Assembly: GCA_004022145.1 (NCBI GenBank)
Contig: RCNU01000003.1
DNA: 64,000 bases
Direction: 5' to 3' (one strand)
Source: Paecilomyces variotii
Taxonomy: Eukaryota
Part shown: positions 38,256 through 50,555 of the stretch, piece after piece
Layout of the letters: each line of letters begins with the position of its first letter
Numbering within the stretch: the first letter of the stretch is position 1
Position numbers and translations under genes: made by a program
Notes under the pieces: generated by a model
Told to the model about the DNA's origin: nothing
The model's database searches: none
The model's input: the letters and a program-made list of their open reading frames with translations, nothing else

Positions 38256-41200
38256 ATGGCGACCCCAAACACAGCTCTGGCGTCGGAAGACGTGTCGATC
38301 CAGAATGACACGGACAGTGCCGCTACTGTCTTCGTCAATGACCCTGCCAATGGAGAAAAGAAGACCAACGACAACGACAACTCCAGCGGCTGGAAGTTGA
38401 TGCCAAGAGTCAAGGAGACACACGAAAGAGAACTCGAAGCCGGTTTCAAGGGGCGTGAGCTTGGGGTTACCTGGAAGAACCTCACCGTGGAGGCTCCCAG
38501 TGCGGACGCCGCCGTCAATGAGAATCTCCTTTCTCAGTTGAACCTCCCGAAGCTCATCAAGGAAAGTCGACACAAGCTGCCGAACAAAACTATCCTCGAC
38601 AACACCCATGGCTGCGTGAAACCAGGAGAAATGCTCCTGGTTCTTGGTCGACCCGGTTCAGGATGTACCACGCTCCTGAAAATGCTGTCCAACCGACGGG
38701 GTGGCTATGCTTCTATCAACGGCGACGTGAAGTTTGGGGCAATGAGTCATGAGGAGGCTGCCCAGTATCGCGGCCAGATTGTGATGAATACGGAAGAAGA
38801 GCTGTTCTTTCCAACACTCACAGTTGGACAGACCATGGACTTCGCCACAAAGCTCAAAGTCCCATTCCACCTTCCCAACGACGTCCAATCTCGAGAGGAG
38901 TACAGGGCTGAGACGAAAGAATTCCTACTCGAATCAATGGGAATATCACACACTCGCGATACCAAGGTCGGAAATGAATTCGTCCGTGGAGTGTCCGGAG
39001 GAGAGAGGAAACGTGTCTCCATCATCGAGTGTCTTGCAACGAGAGGTTCCGTGTTCTGCTGGGACAACAGTACTCGTGGATTGGATGCTAGTAGTGCGCT
39101 GGAGTGGGCAAAGGCCCTACGGGCGATGACTGACGTGCTTGGGCTGGCCACCATCGTCACCCTGTACCAAGCAGGAAACGGTATCTATGACCTGTTCGAC
39201 AAAGTTCTCGTGCTCGATGAGGGCAAGGAGATCTACTATGGTCCTATGACGGAGGCTCGACCCTTTATGGAGAGTCTCGGCTTCGTCTGCAGAGAGGGCG
39301 CAAACGTTGCTGATTATCTCACTGGAGTAACTGTGCCTACGGAGCGTCAGATCCGCGAAGGATACGAGAGTAGGTTCCCCAGGAACGCAGAGCAAATCCG
39401 CTCCGAGTATGAGAAGTCCGATATCTTCACGCGAATGACAAGCGAATACGACTACCCGAATACTGAAGTTGCCGTTTCCAGAACGGAGAACTTCAAAGAC
39501 TCTGTTGCGTTCGAAAAGGATACACATCAATCGAAGAACAGCCCTTACACTGTCAGCTTTCCTGATCAGGTCAAAGCATGTATCATACGACAATACCAGA
39601 TCCTGTGGGGTGACAAGGCAACCTTTTTGATCAAGCAGATTTCCACCCTGGCCCAGGCTCTTATATCGGGATCCCTTTTCTATAACGCTCCGGACAACTC
39701 CGGTGGTCTCTTCGTCAAATCGGGAGCCCTTTTCTTTTCGCTCTTATACAACAGTCTGCTTTCCATGTCCGAGGTCACGGACTCTTTCCATGGACGACCA
39801 GTTCTCGTGAAGCACAAATCCTTTGCTTACTTCCACCCAGCAGCATTCTGTATTGCACAGATCACTGCTGATATACCTATCATCCTTATCCAAGTCAGCA
39901 TTTTCTCCATTATCGTGTACTTCATGGTTGGCCTGACTATGGATGCTGGTCTTTTCTTCACGTATTGGATTATCATTTTTTCCGGGACTATGGTGAGTAA
40001 CTCCCTATCTCTCCGATGAGACTAGAGCTAACAACTGCGGCAGTGTATGACGGCAATGTTCCGAGCTGTTGGAGCCGCATTCAAAACCTTCGACGGTGCA
40101 TCCAAAGTCTCAGGTTTCCTCATCAGCGCATTGGTCATGTATACCGGATATATGATTCGAAAGCCAAGTATGCACCCGTGGCTAGGCTGGATATATTGGA
40201 TTGACCCTCTGGCATATGCTTTCCAGAGTCTCTTGGCAAATGAGTTCCATAAAAAGACTATACCTTGCGTCGGAAATAACTTGGTCCCAAGTGGTCCTGG
40301 ATATTCTGATCCAGCACACCAGTCTTGTGCAGGTGTCGGGGGCGAGGTACAAGGCCAAGTGACCGTCAATGGAGATTCGTACTTGAAGTCTCTAAGCTAC
40401 AGCCATGCCCACCTCTGGAGAAACTTTGGAATCGTGTGGGCCTGGTGGGCGCTGTTCGTGGCGGTTACCGTCATCTTCACGTCCAGGTGGAAATCGCCAT
40501 CCGAATCAGGTAGTTCAATGCTTATTCCTCGAGAGAAGTTAAAGCAGGTACACGCTGCTCGCAAGGATGAGGAATCACAAGCGAATGAAAAACAGATTGG
40601 CAGCAGCTCCTCGTCAGGTACTGGGGTGCAAGCTAGGAATGCTATCGATGACAATCTGGTACGGAATACATCGGTTTTTACGTGGAAGAACCTCACCTAC
40701 ACGGTCAAGACCCCCTCTGGTGATCGTGTGCTTCTTGATAATGTGCAGGGATGGGTGAAACCTGGTATGCTAGGTGCCTTGATGGGTTCATCAGGTGCCG
40801 GAAAGACAACTTTGCTGGATGTGCTTGCTCAGCGCAAAACCGATGGTACGATTCATGGTTCAATCATGGTCGATGGACGCCCACTCTCTGTTTCATTCCA
40901 GAGATCTGCTGGTTATTGTGAGCAGCTTGACGTCCACGAACCTTTCGCAACCGTCCGCGAGGCACTAGAATTCTCCGCTCTTCTTCGTCAACCTCGCCAT
41001 GTTCCCAGGGAGGAGAAGCTGAAGTACGTTGACGTCATTATCGATCTGCTGGAACTTCACGATCTCGCAGATACCATGATTGGTAAGGTGGGCGCAGGCC
41101 TTTCCGTGGAGCAGAGGAAGCGTGTCACTATCGGCGTTGAACTTGTGTCCAAGCCAAGCATCTTAATCTTCCTGGATGAGCCCACCTCGGGTCTGGACGG

Positions 41201-42572
41201 TCAAGCAGCTTACAACACAGTTCGTTTCTTGAGGAAGCTCGCAGATGTTGGTCAGGCGGTCCTTGTGACTATTCATCAGCCGTCAGCCCAACTGTTTGCT
41301 CAGTTCGACACTCTCTTGCTTCTTGCAAGAGGAGGTAAAACTGTTTACTTTGGTGATATCGGCGACAATGCCCAGACTATCAGAGAATATTTCGCCAGAT
41401 ACGGGGCTCCCTGTCCCCCGGAGAGTAACCCGGCGGAACATATGATCGACGTCGTCTCTGGTGTTCTTTCTCAAGGGAAAGACTGGAATAAGGTCTGGCT
41501 GGAATCTCCTGAACATGACTACACGGTGAAAGAGTTGGATCGGATGATCAGCGAGGCTGCCGCCAAACCAGTGGAGACGCAGGATGATGGACATGAATTT
41601 GCAATGCCGCTGTGGGAACAAACCAAGATAGTGACTCAGAGAATGTCGACTGCACTATGGCGCAACACCGACTACGTCAACAACAAGTTCGCCCTGCATA
41701 TCGCCTTGGCTCTGTTTAACGGTTTCTCATTCTGGATGATTGGCGATACCGTGTCTGACCTCCAGCTGCGCCTTTTCACTGTTTTCAACTTCATATTCGT
41801 CGCACCCGGTGTCATCAACCAACTGCAGCCACTGTTCATTGAGCGTCGTGATATATACGAGACTCGGGAGAAGAAATCTAAGATGTATTCCTGGAAGGCA
41901 TTTGTGACGGCCTTGATTGTTTCCGAATTCCCATACCTCTGCATCTGCGCTGTCCTCTATTTCGTGTGCTGGTACTACACTGTCGGTTTCCCCAATGACT
42001 CGAACAAAGCCGGTGCCACTTTCTTCATCATGCTCATGTACGAATTCGTCTACACCGGAATTGGCCAATTCATTGCTGCCTACGCACCTAACGCCACCTT
42101 CGCCGCTCTCGCCAACCCTCTCATTATCGGTACCCTGGTGTCATTCTGTGGTGTCCTAGTGCCCTACGGCCAAATCCAAGCCTTCTGGCGTTATTGGATT
42201 TACTACCTCAATCCATTCAACTATCTGATCGGAGGCCTCCTAGTCTTCAATGTCTGGGACGCGGACATCAAATGTGCAGAATCGGAATTTGCCATCTTCG
42301 ACCCTCCCAACGGAACTACCTGCGGCAATTACCTCTCCGATTACATGAAAGGTTCCGGCATCTTTGCAAATCTCATCAACCCTGATGCAACCTCGGGATG
42401 CAAGGTCTGCCAGTATAGGAAAGGAGCGGACTACCTCTACACTGTCAACCTGAAGAAGTATTACTATGGTTGGAGGGATGCTGCAATTGTTGTCATTTTT
42501 GCCATCAGTTCTTACTCGCTTGTTTACGTCCTTATGAGATTGAGGACGAAGGCTTCCAAGAAAGCGGAATAG
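38256..42572 (+). CDS. atrB: Full-size ABC-G (PDR) multidrug transporter, AtrB-like
   Basis: NBD1 [32 protein letters not shown]2 [27 protein letters not shown]. One intron at 39993-40043. The N-terminal [14 protein letters not shown]...AAVNEN matches what I recall of AtrB orthologues; the symbol is by recognition only. Confidence 0.9.
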
Positions 42573-43265
42573 TGGTGTTATTCCCAGTCTTTCTTATTCG
42601 ATCGGGACTTTATGTTCCGAAGTTTCTTTGTTCGTGTCTCAACGTTTTTCTTTCGACCATCAATAGAAGGTATAGCTACTTCTCTTCGCTAAAGATTACA
42701 TAGACTTGTGTGGTGCATATAGATGGGCCTGTTTAATAATTTCAATATACTAGTTTCGCAATTAATTCTACGTCTATAATAGCTCATCCTTGTGGAGACA
42801 ACTGAATCAAGTTCATAAACAGCAGGAACTCGTTTTACGTAGATCCTGGTCCCCTTCTCAGGGGAACGGGAAATATACACACCCCTATATATCCGATACA
42901 GGCCTTTACTCCGGATTCAGCACCGCATCCAATATATCACTCATGATCCCATCTTCCCCCGCAGAGGCCGACACGTTTGCTTGGAGAAACAGAGATAGCC
43001 ACCAAATCCTGAAGAAGCGGCTGTACCAGGTTTGGAATTTCCCCGTTTCACAAACCTGAAACCGGGGCTTGCCAGGATCGTCGATCGGGTAATTAATATA
43101 TTTTTAGGTTTGGCATCCGTTCAGATTGGCAGATTAAAATGCTGTGCATGCCATACTTGTATATCCAGTATATCTGACGCTATCATGCATCTAGAACAGG
43201 GAAGATATATCGTGGTACATATTTACATCATGAATAAAAGGATGTAGTGCGTTCTTGGTGTTTTT

Positions 43266-45217
43266 TTACAGTCGCGCAGTCGGGGTATTTGCCCAGCCCT
43301 GGAAAAATTTACCAATAGCCTCGACATTGTTTGGATCAACTACCAAGGAGACATCTGGTTGGTGTCAGTTCCTGGTCGTGGTCTGTATTATGAGAGGTAT
43401 ACTTACATTGGTCAGGTCGCACGACTACTAGCGCACCACGCTCTGGGTCGATGCCATAAGTCTCATAGGCGTGGCCGTGGCCGTGGTTGTGGCTTTCATC
43501 ATCGAAGTAAATCTTATGCGGATCTGTAAGTAAACTGCTGATTAGTCGATTTGGTCCATATTGTGCACTGTCCAAGTACGTATACCTCTCATACGCCACT
43601 TTCCATACACAGGACGATAAATCTCGGGGATATCTTTCTGCTCCAATGCGGACCTGTCGCCCTTGACGACTAAGAGGACTTCAATGACTGAATCTAGGTC
43701 CTGGTCGCGCGGAGTTAAGCTGCGAACTGGTCCCTTTTCACTCTCTAGGTATTTCGCCACATTGTGGAGCCTGTCTCTGGTTTGCTGCTTCGCTATATCA
43801 CCTGGGAACAAGATAAGACGCCATCTGCCATCGCTGACCAGTGCTCGAAGCAGTTGCATTGCGTACGAGTCGGAATGGCGCACCACTTGCGCGGTTGGAA
43901 GACGCATACCGACAACGATTTTTGGAGCACATTCCTGCTTGCTGTTCGCAGAATCTGTGATTTGAGAGTCTTTATATTTCGAAGTGAGTCCGGCCGTGTA
44001 GTTGGCTGACTGGATGAAGTACTTGGAGAAACTATCAGGGGCGTCAGTCGAGGTTGGCTTTTGGCTGAAAAGCCGAGTGAATTCGCGGTCGAAAGCAATG
44101 AGATTCGCAGCGACTTCTGAACGCTCGAATGTGTACGTGCGCAGCAAGCTTGGGCTGGCCCGACGCATGAGTACGTGGGCCAGCTTCCAACCAATATTGT
44201 ATCCATCTTGAAGAGAGACGTTCATTCCTTGGCCGGCCTTGGGAGAATGGGTGTGGCAAGCATCACCGGTCAGGAAAACGCGGTAATCCTTGTCAAAATG
44301 ATCAGAGAGTCTCTGGCCAATACTGTATGCAGACCACCAGAATGTCTCAACGATCTCAAGAGAGTACGGGGCGAAGATACGCTTTGCAGTAGCCTGGAGG
44401 TCATCGAGGCGGACTTCTTTGGGCTTGGTTCCATGAGGAAGCTCGATATAGAGACGGACCATAGATCCTCCCTCACGGGGAATGATCAGCAATGATCCAG
44501 CAGCAGATTTAAGAGCTGCTTTCTTGCGGATATCGGGAAAGTCCGTCTGAGGGTAAACGTCCATCACACCCCAGACAGAATCCGTCGTATCTCCGACCAT
44601 TGTATAGCCAAGGCACTTGCGGACTGTGCTATGGGCACCATCACAACCCTGGCAATATCAGCAAGCGTGCATATCTTGAAAAAGAAGGGAAGAAGACTTA
44701 CCAACGCATATTTCACCTTGATCTTGTGCTCTACCCCGTCTTTCTGAGCGGTCACAGTAACAGGATACGCCTCCAGATCGTCTTGGGAGACCTTGTCAAC
44801 GTGCACATTGGTAACCGCCCAGCCGTAGTTAATGTCTTGCTGATTATTCCACTTTTTCATATATTCGATCATCAGGCCGTTGATCCTCGCTTGGTTAAGG
44901 ATCACATGTGGCATGTGGCTGAGCCCTGTCGGGGTATCTGCCGTTCGGCTGGTTCTCACGATTCCCTTCTCGCCTGCATTCCAGAAGGTGACCTCGTTGA
45001 CATGGTACGATTCACGTAGTAGCTGGTCTGATAGACCGAGACTCTCAAAAATCTCGACTGTCCGACATTGCACTCCGTCGGCTTTTCCCAACTTTAGAGG
45101 ACCGTCCGATGATTCCAAGACTGTGCACTCCAGTCCATAACGCGCTAGCCACCCAGCGGCACAGAGACCGGCTGATCCAGCGCCGCAGATGAGGACCTCG
45201 GTCGTGGAAGGTAGCAT
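43266..45217 (-). CDS. Phenol 2-monooxygenase (FAD), three introns
   Basis: ICGAGSAG, GKADGVQCRT, GCDGAHS, GDACHTHSPKAGQGMNVS, VVVRPDQYVS; last exon ends ...FFQGWANTPTARL*. Confidence 0.92.
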
Positions 45218-45655
45218 CCTATCCTGATGCTGAATGTAGCTGCGATAGGTAGGTAATTATGAGACTGATTTGAGAGTACTATTTACTTCCTTCTTAATAT
45301 GCATGCTTATACGGTACTCAAAAGTATTAATACTACCGTCGGAATCCGGAATGGACCCCGAGGATGGGGTAAACATATGTATGTACGATCTTCTTTGTCG
45401 GGTTAACAGCCGAACGAACCTCTCTACTTAACTTCCGAGGTCGAGATTCGGCTCCTATCCCGGTAGTTGATAGAGAGCTTTGGGGAAGACGTCTAGATAA
45501 ATATTACGTGTTCGACTTTGAGAGAAAGTACCACCCTGACGTCCTCTTATATAGGTATATATATATAATTTATTTTTATTTTTCCCTCCTCATATATAAC
45601 TGTCGAATTCTATCGCACCGAAGTAAATGTATATCCTGAACCTCTGACGGACCTA

Positions 45656-47042
45656 CAGTCTTTGACCAGCTGCCGACCGTTCCCACCTGACGACCGCTTT
45701 TCCCCCATAGAAAATTAGCAAATCTAAACCTTTATAACTCAACAACAATTAAATATTTTGAAATAAAATTTAATATATAAATATTATAAATAATAAATTT
45801 TTAATTAATCTATTTTTTTTATGAAATTTATTAATATATATAGTACTATAAGTAGTTAAAGTTAGTAAATTTTCTAAAATTTTAACTTAATATTATTTAT
45901 TTATTCTTTAATATTTTATTATAAAATTTATTATATATATATTTTTCATACTATAAAGTTTATATAAAATATATAAAACTTTAGAAAATAATAGTAATAT
46001 AATATAATAATAATAAAGAAAGTTTTAAAAATATAAATTTTTAATTAACTTTAAATTAGTAAAAATATATATAAACTCTTTATTTTAAAGCTTTTCTATA
46101 TTAATTATTATTATATATTTATAAGGAAATAAAAAAATTCTAAGTTTTTAGAATTTATTATAATTTTTTAAAGGTTTTATTTTTAAAGTATAAAAATTAT
46201 TATTTTTATTATTTATAGTAATACTATTACTAATATAAACTTAAATAATATATATAATTAATTTCTATATATAAAATATTATAGAAAATAATTTAAACAA
46301 TTAATATATATAATAAATATCTTAAAATAATATAAAATATTATTTTTAAAAATCTTTATATTTTATTAATATAAATAGATTTACCTAGAATATTTAAAGT
46401 TTTTTAAGGTTTTATATATTATTTATATATAATAAATAATAGTAATATAAAGAAATAGTAAATATATATTAATTATTTATATAAAATAATAAATTTCTAT
46501 ATTTTAGCTTTAAAAATAAGATATATTAAATATTAATATATTATAAGCTTTTTCTTAGATTCTTTTTAACCTTATTATAAATATATAATAATAATAAATA
46601 TATTAAAGCTTTAAAATAAAAAATTTATAGAGATTATTATTAATTTAAAGTTAATTAAAAACTTTATATTTTTAAAACTTTATCTATTATTATTATAATA
46701 AATAATAATTATTTTCTAGAGTTTTATATATTTTATATAAACTTTATAGTATAAAGAATATATAATTAATTTTATAATAAAATATTAAGAAATAATTAAA
46801 TTATATTAAGTTAAAATTTTAGAAAATTTACTAATTTTTAACTACTTATAATATTATAAATACTAATATATTTAATAAAAAAATTTAATTAATTTAAATT
46901 TTAGTATTTATAGTATCTATACATTAAATTTTATTTTAAAAATATATAATTGTGGTTGAGTTATAAAGGTTTAAATTTGCTAATTTTCTATGGGGAAAAG
47001 GTGGTCGTCAGGTGGAAACGGTCGTCAGATGACTAAACACAG
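45656..47042. mobile_element. Non-autonomous fold-back/MITE-like DNA transposon relic (Tc1/mariner-pogo-type ends), extremely AT-rich, RIP-like
   Basis: Left end TA|cagtctttgaccagctgccgaccgttcccacctgacgaccgcttttcccccatagaaaattagcaaat matches the reverse complement of the right end (TA|ctgtgtttagtcatctgacgaccgtttccacctgacgaccaccttttccccatagaaaattagcaaat). Arm similarity is traceable by eye for ~490 bp. TA at 45654-45655 and 47043-47044. No ORF. Confidence 0.85.
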
Positions 47043-47527
47043 TAGGGGAAAGGTCGACAAGATGTTTATCACAGCAGGTCACCATGCACGCATCTACTTC
47101 ATCTGTCAAGAACAGTTCTGACTTGTAACAATAGAAATACTCACACAATAATAATAGTGAATAGTTATGACCCTGATGGACCTTTGATGACGCCACGGTC
47201 ATATTGGGAAGGCGGTGGTGGTGATGCACGTGACATTCCCTCGAGCCGGTCACGTTTACCTGGAGAAAAAAGCCAAGTTCCGGCTTTTGTCTATCTTGTT
47301 GCTTTTCGATCGTCGGCCCTTTCTTTCTTCTCCCATCCAGTCTCATTTAACAGAGACGGTTAATACTTTAAACACTGTACACTAGGGTGCGGGTGATAGG
47401 CCCTGTTTTTTCAACCTTTTATTTTATTTGGCCGCGCGCGCCATCTCGCGATCTCGACTCCTAAGGCCACCGTTCTTCGCCGGTCCATTCCCTCGACCTA
47501 TCCCTTTACTCTTTTATAGATACCGTC

Positions 47528-48203
47528 ATGGATCACTCGAGAGATCCTTGCCCCTGGGTTGCCCTGAGTGACTTTGGTGGTGCTTTCTGTATGGGTGTAT
47601 GTATCATCCAGCTCCGTCGAACCCGCCGGTCGTATTTTCCTTCAGCTCCGAACATTGAGCGCTGATGGGTTATTTTCTTGCTTTAGGCTATTGGAGGCGC
47701 TGTCTGGCACGGTGTTAAAGGATTCCGAAACAGCCCGTACGGTGAACGACGGATAGGTGCGATCACCGCGATTAAGGCTCGTGCCCCGGTGCTGGGCGGA
47801 AACTTTGGTGTCTGGGGTGGTATGTTCTCGACGTTCGACTGCGCGATCAAGGGAATCAGAAAGAAGGAGGACCCGTACAATGCCAGTATGTTTATGGACC
47901 CTTATCGTCCACCCAATATGCGCTTGGAGTGAAGGTCTGACGTCGTTTCCTAGTCATTGCCGGTTTCTTCACAGGTGGTGCGCTGGCCATTCGAGGTGGT
48001 ATGAAAGCTGCCAGAAACTCCGCTATCATGTGCGCCATCTTCTTGGGTGTCATTGAAGGTGTTGGTATTGGATTCCAGAGAATGATGGCTGAGAACACGA
48101 GGTTGGATGTAAGTAGCCTTGCTCCTCACCGAGATAACCTATTACTCACATGGTGTTGCAGCTACCCCCACCTCCTCCCGCTGGCGAGAAGGCCGTCGCA
48201 TAA
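47528..48203 (+). CDS. TIM17: Mitochondrial inner-membrane translocase subunit Tim17, 4 exons
   Basis: [60 protein letters not shown]. Confidence 0.95.
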
Positions 48204-48849
48204 ACATACACGAGTCACCCTACAATATCTTTCGACAAGAGTTTAACCGCTCTCTTCATAAAACCATCTCTCCTCCTCTGGTGTTGGGTCCGGGTTCTCA
48301 TTTTCTGCGGCATGACATAGAGGTTCCATTTATATTTCGCTACCTTTCCGTTCCTGCTCGAAAATATCTCAGCAATCTATTTCGCGCCTGGGTTATTAGT
48401 TCCATCCCCTTGGCGTTCTGCATTTCTACGTCGGGGATTGCGGGTTCACAAAAAGGCCATTCCGGCCGTGTTTCTAGGACAGTCTGTCCAAGCCATTGTG
48501 TTCGACCCTGTACATTAACGTCCGAATGAATGTGATATTTAATACACAGCCTGCTTTACTGCGCGATTCGTTTTTTTAGATCTCCCAGGTATTTCCCCGA
48601 TTAGTCCGAGGGTGACCGGGGGACGACGTGTGACTTTCCGTAACAGGAAAAGCCCCAAGTGACAGGTACTCCCGCATGGATAGTTCCAAGTCACCTCGCA
48701 GATCTACAGCTTTCCTCACCATATGAAGTGTGCGATTATTATTTTGCAAAGAATGGATTCAGATGCCAGATAGCTAACCATCAAAGAACAACCAGCTTTC
48801 TATCACTAGGCCACTTCAGCCCGCAGATACCTCCGATAGCATATCAACT

Positions 48850-50265
48850 ATGTCCGCAACTCTTCCTCCGACGTTCAAACCGACACTCATCCTCCACGGC
48901 GGCGCGGGTGACATCCATCGTTCGACTCTTCCACCTCCTCTCTATGACCAATTCCATGCGTCTCTCCTTGCCTACCTCCGCTCGACGTACACACTGCTCA
49001 AGAATGGCGCAACCGCCCTCGACGCAGCAGTACATGCTGTCTCGCTGATGGAAGACGACGAGCTGTTCAACTGCGGTCGGGGCAGCGTCTTTACCTCCGC
49101 TGGCACTATCGAGATGGAAGCCTCCGTCATGGTGACATCCATTCAAGAGGGCTGGGAGAATAGCAGCGAACCGGGAACGATAAAACGCGGCGCGGGCGTT
49201 ATCAACGTGAGGAGCGTACGGCATCCGATCCAACTTGCGCGGGAAGCGCTTCTGCGAACGGGTTACGATTCCAACGGCGAACCGAACGGTGACGGAGGAA
49301 ATATGCACTCGCAGCTCAGTGGGCTCGAAGTCGAGAAGCTGGCTGACGAATGGGGTCTAGAATTTGCGCCTGACGAGTGGTTCTGGACCCAGAAGCGATG
49401 GGATGAGCATATGAGAGGCCTGAAGGGGATTAAGGAAGATATTACAATGAGTCAGGGGACTGTGGGATGCGTCTGTTTGGACCAATGGGGCAATCTGGCC
49501 GTTGCTACGAGTACGGGGGGTTTGACGAACAAGAAGCCCGGGAGAGTTGGTGATACACCGACGTTCGGAGCGGGATTCTGGGCTGAGGCGTGGGATGTTA
49601 AAGTAACTGCTGAAAGTGAGACTGGGACGATGGTATATGGGACATCAAGTTCAACGGCAACACATGCAGAATCAGACCAGTCCGCACATCTCACCACTTG
49701 GGACTTTACTCGCTATCTGAAATCGTGCCTGGGAGATTGTCTTACCTCTTACCTTCGTTATCTGTCTTCAAGCCGGGATGTCCCCGCAGACCAAGACTCA
49801 GGATCACATCGTCCTCGTTCCCCTGAAAAGCAACCCCTTCTGAGCCATCAACAACCGAGATATACCAAACCTCTTACCACCCGTCGTGCCGTCGCCCTCT
49901 CAGGAACTGGCAACGGCGACTCTTTCTTACGCGTCGCCGCGGCCCGTACTGCGTCCTCGATGCTCCGATTCTCTCCTGCAGGATCTTTCCCGAGCACGCT
50001 CGCTGAGGCAGTCACCGCCATCGCCGGACAAGGCGGTGAACTGCAGCGCTCCGCAGGTAGACGATGGGAAAAGACGAGTGAGGGACAAGGTGGGATCATC
50101 GGGATCGAAATTTCATCTCACTCCCCAGAGAATCCTGGTGATAAGCTAAAGAGAGGAAATGTCGTTTTCGATTTCAATTGTGGGGGGATGTTTCGGGCCT
50201 GGATCGAAGAAGATGCAGATGGAGAAAAGGAGAGGGTTATGGTGTTTAGAGAGGAGTATTATTAG
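48850..50265 (+). CDS. Type-2 (Ntn-hydrolase) L-asparaginase/isoaspartyl peptidase
   Basis: LILHGGAG, MEDDELFNCGRGSV, autocleavage GTVG, ATSTGG, GRVGDTP, SGTGNGD. Confidence 0.9.
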   Translation: MSATLPPTFKPTLILHGGAGDIHRSTLPPPLYDQFHASLLAYLRSTYTLLKNGATALDAAVHAVSLMEDDELFNCGRGSVFTSAGTIEMEASVMVTSIQEGWENSSEPGTIKRGAGVINVRSVRHPIQLAREALLRTGYDSNGEPNGDGGNMHSQLSGLEVEKLADEWGLEFAPDEWFWTQKRWDEHMRGLKGIKEDITMSQGTVGCVCLDQWGNLAVATSTGGLTNKKPGRVGDTPTFGAGFWAEAWDVKVTAESETGTMVYGTSSSTATHAESDQSAHLTTWDFTRYLKSCLGDCLTSYLRYLSSSRDVPADQDSGSHRPRSPEKQPLLSHQQPRYTKPLTTRRAVALSGTGNGDSFLRVAAARTASSMLRFSPAGSFPSTLAEAVTAIAGQGGELQRSAGRRWEKTSEGQGGIIGIEISSHSPENPGDKLKRGNVVFDFNCGGMFRAWIEEDADGEKERVMVFREEYY

Positions 50266-50555
50266 ATTGTTCACTCTTTGCTTCACGTTTATTTAAGCTG
50301 GTTCTGTAGTTAGTTATTTACGTGGGTGTATAAGCGCCCGTTGCTCTTGGAAATGCTAGACCTTTGCTATACGTGCAAGAAACTTGACACTGGACAGATC
50401 AATAGAATCGAGTTGGTGGAAAAGGAACAATATATATATATATATATATACCGCAATAATCAAACAGGTCAGGTTTATCATTATAGTGGAATAAAAACGT
50501 AAAAAAAAAAAAAAAAAAAAAAAAGAAATCTCCGGCATTTAAAGAACGAAACCTA

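Noticed and set aside
45720..46980. AT-rich block as centromere or mitochondrial insertion
   Set aside because: It is only ~1.3 kb, bounded by inverted termini with TA flanks, and has no mitochondrial gene remnants.
50428..50524. (TA)n and poly-A tracts between convergent genes
   Set aside because: Ordinary 3' intergenic microsatellites; no retroelement body or target-site duplication seen.
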